From positions 18,538,001 to 18,602,000 of the forward strand of contig OX597832.1 in NCBI GenBank assembly GCA_951406725.2: a stretch of DNA of 64,000 nucleotides. The letters are read 5' to 3'. This stretch comes from Octopus vulgaris (taxonomy: Eukaryota). The notes under the pieces are model-generated. The model was not told where the DNA came from. It was given only the letters and a program-made list of their open reading frames with translations, and made no database searches. Shown here piece by piece: positions 57,224 to 64,000 of the stretch; within the stretch, counting starts at the first letter, position 1; every line of letters begins with the position of its first letter. A program made the translations under genes and the position numbers.

Positions 57224-58621
57224 TACATACATACGCAGATACGAATATAAGCATACATATATCCACGCACAGAATTGTGTGTGCTTATGTTATCACTATG
57301 TGTGTATATGTGTCACTGACGGGTTGTATAATTATTGATATCTATACATAATTCTTATCCACATAAAATGATACATGATAAATGTATATATCTCTTCATG
57401 TTATACATGAATGCAGTCATGGCTATGACGTTAATAAGTTCGCTTCTCCAAAAAGATTAACACTGGATTAGTGGTGTATGCAATGCAAAAACGAGAAATA
57501 ATTACAAGCAAGTGAACAAGGGCATCGATTAATTCTCCTCAACCACCGAAAAACCTCCGGCTAGAACTTACCAAACATCTAGAAAATCTTACTGCTGTCA
57601 TGTCCATATGACTTGGAAAAAGCAAATTGAAGACCACGTTATGAAATGTGACAGTTGACCTTTCATTTACTGAAAACTGGATTGCTTGGTTGACCCGAAT
57701 ATGAAGAATACGAAAACTGCCATTCATTTTCTGTCCAGTACGTTATACGAGACACGATTGCATGAATGCTCCTAGGTATATGTTAGCCTTGAATCAGATC
57801 CACTTGCTTCACGACCGCAGGTCATATTTCTAAGATGCATCCGTCAGTGAAAGCGAATTTCTCAGATACTCGGACATACGCTTCGTGTTAATGATTATCA
57901 AAGATACACATCTTTCGCCTTGCTCAGATAATATGCATTAACAGTATTGTTTACGACAGGTTTCAATAACGAGCTACTGACAACATTTCTTGAATCACGT
58001 GATAATACTAGGTCTGGATTTGAACTGCCGTAAAGGCAGGGCCTCTATAAAATACCTCGGTGGAAAGATTGACTAGGTTTTAAAAGCAGTATCTGCTAAA
58101 TATCATAAATGGCTGACTGAAGTATTATTTCGGACGCAAGCTTTGATTATGCAGGAATAGAAGACCAAGAAAGGATTTGCAAAAGTCAAGGAAAGACGTT
58201 GAAAGGTTATTAATCTTTTGTAAAGTTCTGAATGGATTTACCGAATTCAGAAATAAGGACTTGTACAAACCTCATGTCATTTTTAGTGTTACGGCCGTTT
58301 CGCAACCATTTTCATGTTGTCATAATTTTTGTGTGGAATAAAATGATATTTATATCTTTGCATTAATATACATGCTATACATCATACAATACAATTATAT
58401 ATTTACAACTCAATGCAAATAAAGAGAGCTGGCCCATCAGGACACCCGAATATCATGGCTACTCTAGCGATTAAACTCTAATTATATATGCAAAGTTTTC
58501 TCTTTATATATACACAATGTATGAAGCAGGAAATGAGTCTTATTCGGTGCGTAAATATAAAGATATTTTGTTTTATATAAATCAAGGCGTTAAACAGAAG
58601 TTGAGGAAGTTGACCAAATAA

Positions 58622-59030
58622 GGAAACGTTAGCACGTCGGGCGAAACACTTAGGGATATTTCGTCCGTCTTTACGTTCTGACTTCTTAAAATTCCGCCGA
58701 GGTCGACTTTGCCTTTCATCCTTTTGGGGTCGATAAATTACGTACCAGTTACGCACTGAGGTCGATGTAATCGACTTAATCCCTTTGTCCTTGTTTGTCT
58801 CCTCTACGTTTAGCTCCTTGTGGGCAATAAAAAATATGGAAACGTTAGCACGTCGGGCGAAACACTTAGGGATATTTCGTCTGTCTTTTCGTTCTGATTT
58901 CTTCAAATTCCGCCGAGGTCGACTTTGCCTTTCATCCTTTTGGGGTCGATAAATTAAGTATCAGTTGCGTACTGGGGACAATGTAATGGACTGGATCCCT
59001 CCCTCCAATTTTCGGACCTTGTGCCTAGAG
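58622..59030 (+). mobile_element. SINE family A tandem dimer
   Basis: ggaaacgttagcacgtcgggcgaaacacttagggatatttcgtc repeated at 58622 and 58838 with shared private variants. Confidence 0.85.
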
Positions 59031-59838
59031 AATATGTGCCTAGAGAATACTAGAGAATATTTAAATCAGTGGAACCTCGTCTATTAGTGACATTATATTT
59101 AAATTATTCATGTTTAGACATAATGAAATCTATGTCTGTTTAAATCTGTTTATTGGATGAGTTGTTTTACTCGTTTGGAAAGAAATTGTATAGCGAAATT
59201 TGTAATAAAATTAGCAACATAAACATAGCTAAACAGAGAAATAAATAAAATATGTTTGAATTCATGTCGGAAACATATTGAAGTTGACGACCAAGAATGA
59301 GTTAACTGAAACAAGACTATTTTGAAAGCTATTTTTACTCCATAAATAATCAACGAAAAACCGCAAAAGAAATATAACAATGATAAAAGAAATAAAATAA
59401 AATATACAAAGATAGAAAATAAATATTGGAAAGGGGAGAAAAACACGAGAATAAAATAAAATTAAGATAAATGAATTTGAGAAAGAAAACCAAAGACGTA
59501 GAATAGTATTATTCACAAATATTGAGTGACAAAAATACCGCCACAAGCAGAAATCGAATAAAGTTTTAAAGAATTATGAGAAAAATGTTAGTATATGAAT
59601 AGAATTAATGGAAAGGAGAGGTATTAAGGGCCGAAAAAAATTGTTACTAAAATTAGGGCCAGATTTAAAGAAACGTGCTTTTTCAAGATATAGAAATGGA
59701 TAAACGTGAGAGAGGAATTCTCTCTTAGACATCTGTGTTGCTGTATTTCCTTTAACTGTCTTGGATCGTTTCTGTACCTCGCTATAAATGCCGGATAAAT
59801 AAATAAAGAAATATATATATATATATATATATGTAACA

Positions 59839-59924
<86 letters not shown>

Positions 59925-60507
59925 CAAACGGAGAGAGATATAGAGAGAGGGAGAGAATGACAGATGTATGGATATATGTATCCATTTATTCACACGCACA
60001 CATTAGAGACACAGGCAGACAAGAAGCACAGGCGTTTAACGGTATATATGTGTGTGAGAAAAAGCGGACAAGAATCCGACTAGAGAAAAAGAGAGAGAAG
60101 TCTTGTGTGTGCGTATTTGTGTGTGTGTGTATGTCTGTGGGTGTGTCTGTACGTTTGTGTGAGTGAGTGAATCAGTGAGCGCTTGTATTTGTAAGTGTGT
60201 ATGCGTGTTTGTGGTTGTTTACGTGCGAATGTGTGAAATCTTGATGTGAAGGACACTGTTTTTGGGGAGTATCAGTTATGTCTTCACGATGTTCTAGATT
60301 TGCACGTACATTAAAAATGCGTATGTGAGTTAGTGTTTGTGTGTTTGGGTGTGTGTGAGAGGAGGAAAAATGTGCGCTTGTGCCTATCATTGATACACGT
60401 TATGTTATACACATATACGCTTTCATACGCGTGCCCGCCTAGACACCTACACGAACTCACTCGTACACCTTCACGTGTGCATATATGTAGGAATTCATGT
60501 ACGAATG

Positions 60508-60519
60508 TCTATCTATATC

Positions 60520-60560
<41 letters not shown>

Positions 60561-60561
60561 A

Positions 60562-60599
<38 letters not shown>

Positions 60600-60628
60600 C
60601 CTACCTACCTACCTATCTATCTACCTAC

Positions 60629-60704
<76 letters not shown>

Positions 60705-60760
60705 GTATCTATCAATGTATCTCTCTATGTGTCTATCTATGTATCTCTCTATCTATGTGT
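60508..60760. repeat. (TATC)n/(TACC)n microsatellite
   Basis: Direct. Confidence 0.9.
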
Positions 60761-60884
60761 CTTTTTATCTGTATATCACTCAGTCTATCTCAGCATTTAT
60801 AGAAGAAGGTATGTCGACTTCAATCACCCAAATTCTTGCCTGGTGCTCCTTGTATCAACTCCTGAAAGGAACGCTTATCCGGTG

Positions 60885-61290
60885 AGATATATTTTGCAAA
60901 TACGTGTGATAAGAAAATCGCTTCCTAATCACATTGTTGCGGGGTCAGTCCTTTTGCGTCGTATCATGGGTAAATGTCTTATACTGTAGCTTGGGGTTAA
61001 AGAAAATCTTGTGAATAAATTCGTTAGAAAGGAACTGAAAAAACTTCGTTATGTATATACATGTGTCTGTGTTTATGTACCTGAGTTAATGTTTATCCTC
61101 CACGCACCGTTTGTAAACTGGTGCTGTTTTGCTTACGTTCCCGTAACATAGGGGTTTGACAAAAGACACCGATAGAATAAGTACTAGATTTAGAACAGAA
61201 GTAAATACTAGGGCCATTCGACTAGAATTTCATCAAGCGGATGCCACGCCATAGTCGCTGTCTAATAACTAAAACAAATAAAAGGTAAAA
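60885..61290 (+). mobile_element. Degraded SINE family B
   Basis: cgcttcctaatcacattgttgcggggtcagtcc...gatagaataagtactag...aaacaaataaaag. Confidence 0.65.
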
Positions 61291-61827
61291 TTTATATCAC
61301 TGGTTAAAATATATATAAATCTTTAGTTAAATATATTTAATGAGAATATCATATACTGAATTTATATTCAGTGCTGTATTGTATTAAAATATTAATACTA
61401 TTAAAGTATTTATGTATTCACTACGAGCGATTATATATATTTTGTAATATATTATTATTAATATCTGGAAACATATATTAGAAAATTCTTCAGAAAGATA
61501 TATACGTGTGTAAAATACTTGTTGTATTATATATATATAAATTTATGTAAATATGTATAAGTATTAATATATAATATATATGGCAGTTTAAAAGTTTGAA
61601 TTAAGTTTTTAAAGCATCTTACGATCATTTCGCAGAAGTGCTGTCCCTAGAATGGAATCCTATATTGATAAGCATTTATAGTTAAAATATAGAATATATA
61701 TGGTTAAAATATATATGTGTCCGAAAATATATGTGGTTTTGGTCATTGTGGTGGCGGCAGTTACTTCTGTGATGGTGATGGTGGGAGTTATGCGCGTAGT
61801 GTTGATGTTTGTGGTGGCGGTATTGAA

Positions 61828-62296
61828 GGCGGCGAGCTGGCAGAAGTGTTAGCACGCCGGGCGAAATGCTTTGTGGTATTTCGTCCGGCGCTGCGTTTTG
61901 AGTTCAAATTTCGCCAAGGTCCACTTTGCCTTTCATCCTTTCGGGGTCGATTAAATAAGTACCAGTTACGCACTGGGGTCGATATAATCCGTTTGTCTGT
62001 CCTTGTTTGTCCTCTCTATGTTTAGCCCCTTGTGTGTAGTAAAGAAATAGGTATTGAAGGCGGCGAGTTGGCAGAAGCGTTAGCACGCCGGGCGAAATGC
62101 TTAGCGTTATTTCGTTTGTCACTACGTTGTGAGTTCAAATTCCGCCGAGGTCGACTTTGCCTTTCATCCTTTCGGGGTCGATAAATTAAGTACCAGTTAC
62201 GCACTGGAGTCGATGTAATCGACTTAATACCTATGTCTGTCCTTGTTTGTCTCCTCTATGTTTAGCCCCTTGTGGGTAATAAAGAAATAGGTATTG
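61828..62296 (+). mobile_element. SINE family A head-to-tail dimer
   Basis: Two full units each starting ggtattgaaggcggcgag and ending aaagaaataggtatt. Confidence 0.85.
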
Positions 62297-63261
62297 TTCC
62301 GAACGACAATTCTTGTCAATAATAATGGTGGTAATAGGGATGATGGTGATGGTCGTGGCCGTGTTGCGTTGAGGGGTGTTGGAGGAATTGGTGATGGCAT
62401 TAGTAATAGTTGTGGTGACAATGGTCAGAAGAATAAGTTGGGGAATGAACCTTCTTCCCTTTTCTTCTTCGGTGTTTGTTTTCTTTCCTGAATGTCAGTT
62501 GGAATTTACTTCAAATGAAACAAACGCGACAAATAAACAAAAGGACTACACAACTATTGATGTTGTGGGATATGCTGTGCTGTGTTATGTGTGTTTTGTT
62601 GGTCGATTTTGTGTTGCTTGCATGTACTGTTGCTATTGTTATAACTGGTAACGTGTGTTGTTGGGTTTTCTCGTTGCGATATATTTTGTTATTGAAGTCA
62701 GTGTGAATAGCAATGACACACAAGCTCGGCTGAATAGAGAGAATAAATTGGAAGTGAAATAGAAGAGAAAATACTTAACAAAACCAAAATTAAAAACATA
62801 ATATAAGCATTGGTACATTCTAAAAAGCTTTACTAATAATATATACATGTACGCGCGTTTATTCATATACATGTAAACATATATTTTTATGTATACACAC
62901 AAGCACACATACACACAAGGCCCAAACGCGCACGTGTATACATCACAGTATCGACATGATTATCATATACTGTAGTACACTGCTAGTCAGAATGAGCTCC
63001 CAATTCCTTCTTGATTGCGTCATTCTTTTCCATCTTTACACAAAGCGTTTTAACTAAATTGATTTTTTATAGTCATACAGGCCCTCAAAATGGCATTTTC
63101 CAGTCTCACGGATACCAGTCGGCAACTGCACGATTCCTTCTGGTGTCTGTGAAACTTACGATATGTCCAGCTGAGAGTTAAGTTTGCTTTCGGTATTCTA
63201 TGATGACATTGTTCACTCCGCTCCGTTCTCGAAATATTTTAATTTTGAATATGCTTTCCTA

Positions 63262-63405
63262 ATTGAGTTCAAATTCCACTGAGGTCGTCTTTGCCTTTCA
63301 ACCTTTCGGAGTCGATAAATTAAATACCAATTTGCGTACTGGGATCGATATAATCCACTGGGCACTCCTCCCTAAAATTTTCGGGCCTTGTGCCTAGAGT
63401 AAAAA
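63262..63405 (+). mobile_element. 5'-truncated SINE family A variant
   Basis: gagttcaaattccactgaggtcgtctttgcctttc...gggccttgtgcctagag. Confidence 0.75.
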
Positions 63406-64000
63406 AGAATATGCTCTCCCATTGGTATTACTAGCATAGATCTTTCTATGGCCCTTTGGGCCGTAGCCAATTGATGTTCTATCCCCTTCGTTGAAAACCA
63501 CGTCTAAACTGCGTATAGGAGCGTAGGCATGTGCTACTGAAGCGTCTGGCAGATATGGTATTATCTTCTGTATTTTCATTACATTCTGAAAGCAGGTAAT
63601 GCTACTGGAAAGACGGCCTCATAACAGTTATGTTAAGACGCGGGGGTGGAATGCTGCAGAAAATCGTCATACGCATCAATTTTTATTTGAAGGAAAGTTA
63701 GATACCATAGTTGTTGAAAGTGTCTATTACTAACTTGCTTCATAAGAAGATAAAATATCTGTCTCAAGTTCCAGTGGATATGACGCTTGGATCAGATATT
63801 GCGCCAATGTGTAGACACGAGAGTCTCAATCATTTTTTGATAGTGGACGGCTTTGATTCTTATTTTACTCTACTGGACCCAAACAGCCATTTCAAATTTT
63901 GAAAACAAAAAGAAAAAGCACCCATTATAGTTTTCTAATTAAATATCATTGGGAATTGTGCAAGGTTAAATGAAGGCCTTCCAGTTTTTATTGAATATGA

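Overview
Eukaryotic, very AT-rich, microsatellite-saturated non-coding DNA (intron or intergenic). The repeat content resembles a coleoid cephalopod genome, probably Octopus; this is an inference. That content is tRNA-derived SINEs with a Nin/Deu-like core, Dong/R4-type LINE remnants in (TAA)n, and dense (TA)n/(TG)n/(TATC)n. No host protein-coding gene can be supported, and nearly all listed ORFs are microsatellite translations. The outstanding element is a 3.9-kb insertion at 40540-44465. It consists of about 7.3 near-identical 534-bp units, each carrying a type I hammerhead ribozyme (8 copies, 6 with an intact core) with a palindromic mini stem III and an unusually long stem II. The units form a head-to-head inversion (1.8 units on minus, 5.5 on plus), and the block is flanked by a 16-bp direct repeat that looks like a target-site duplication in (TA)n. 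This fits a non-autonomous, Penelope-dependent retrozyme-like element copied from a multimeric or circular RNA and integrated by twin priming. Older degenerate hammerhead-like relics and related termini occur at about 5.5, 16.1, 28.1-28.7 and 33.5 kb. Also present: a 5S rRNA fragment joined to SINE pieces, a non-autonomous Helitron, a mariner remnant and three Dong/R4 3' fragments.
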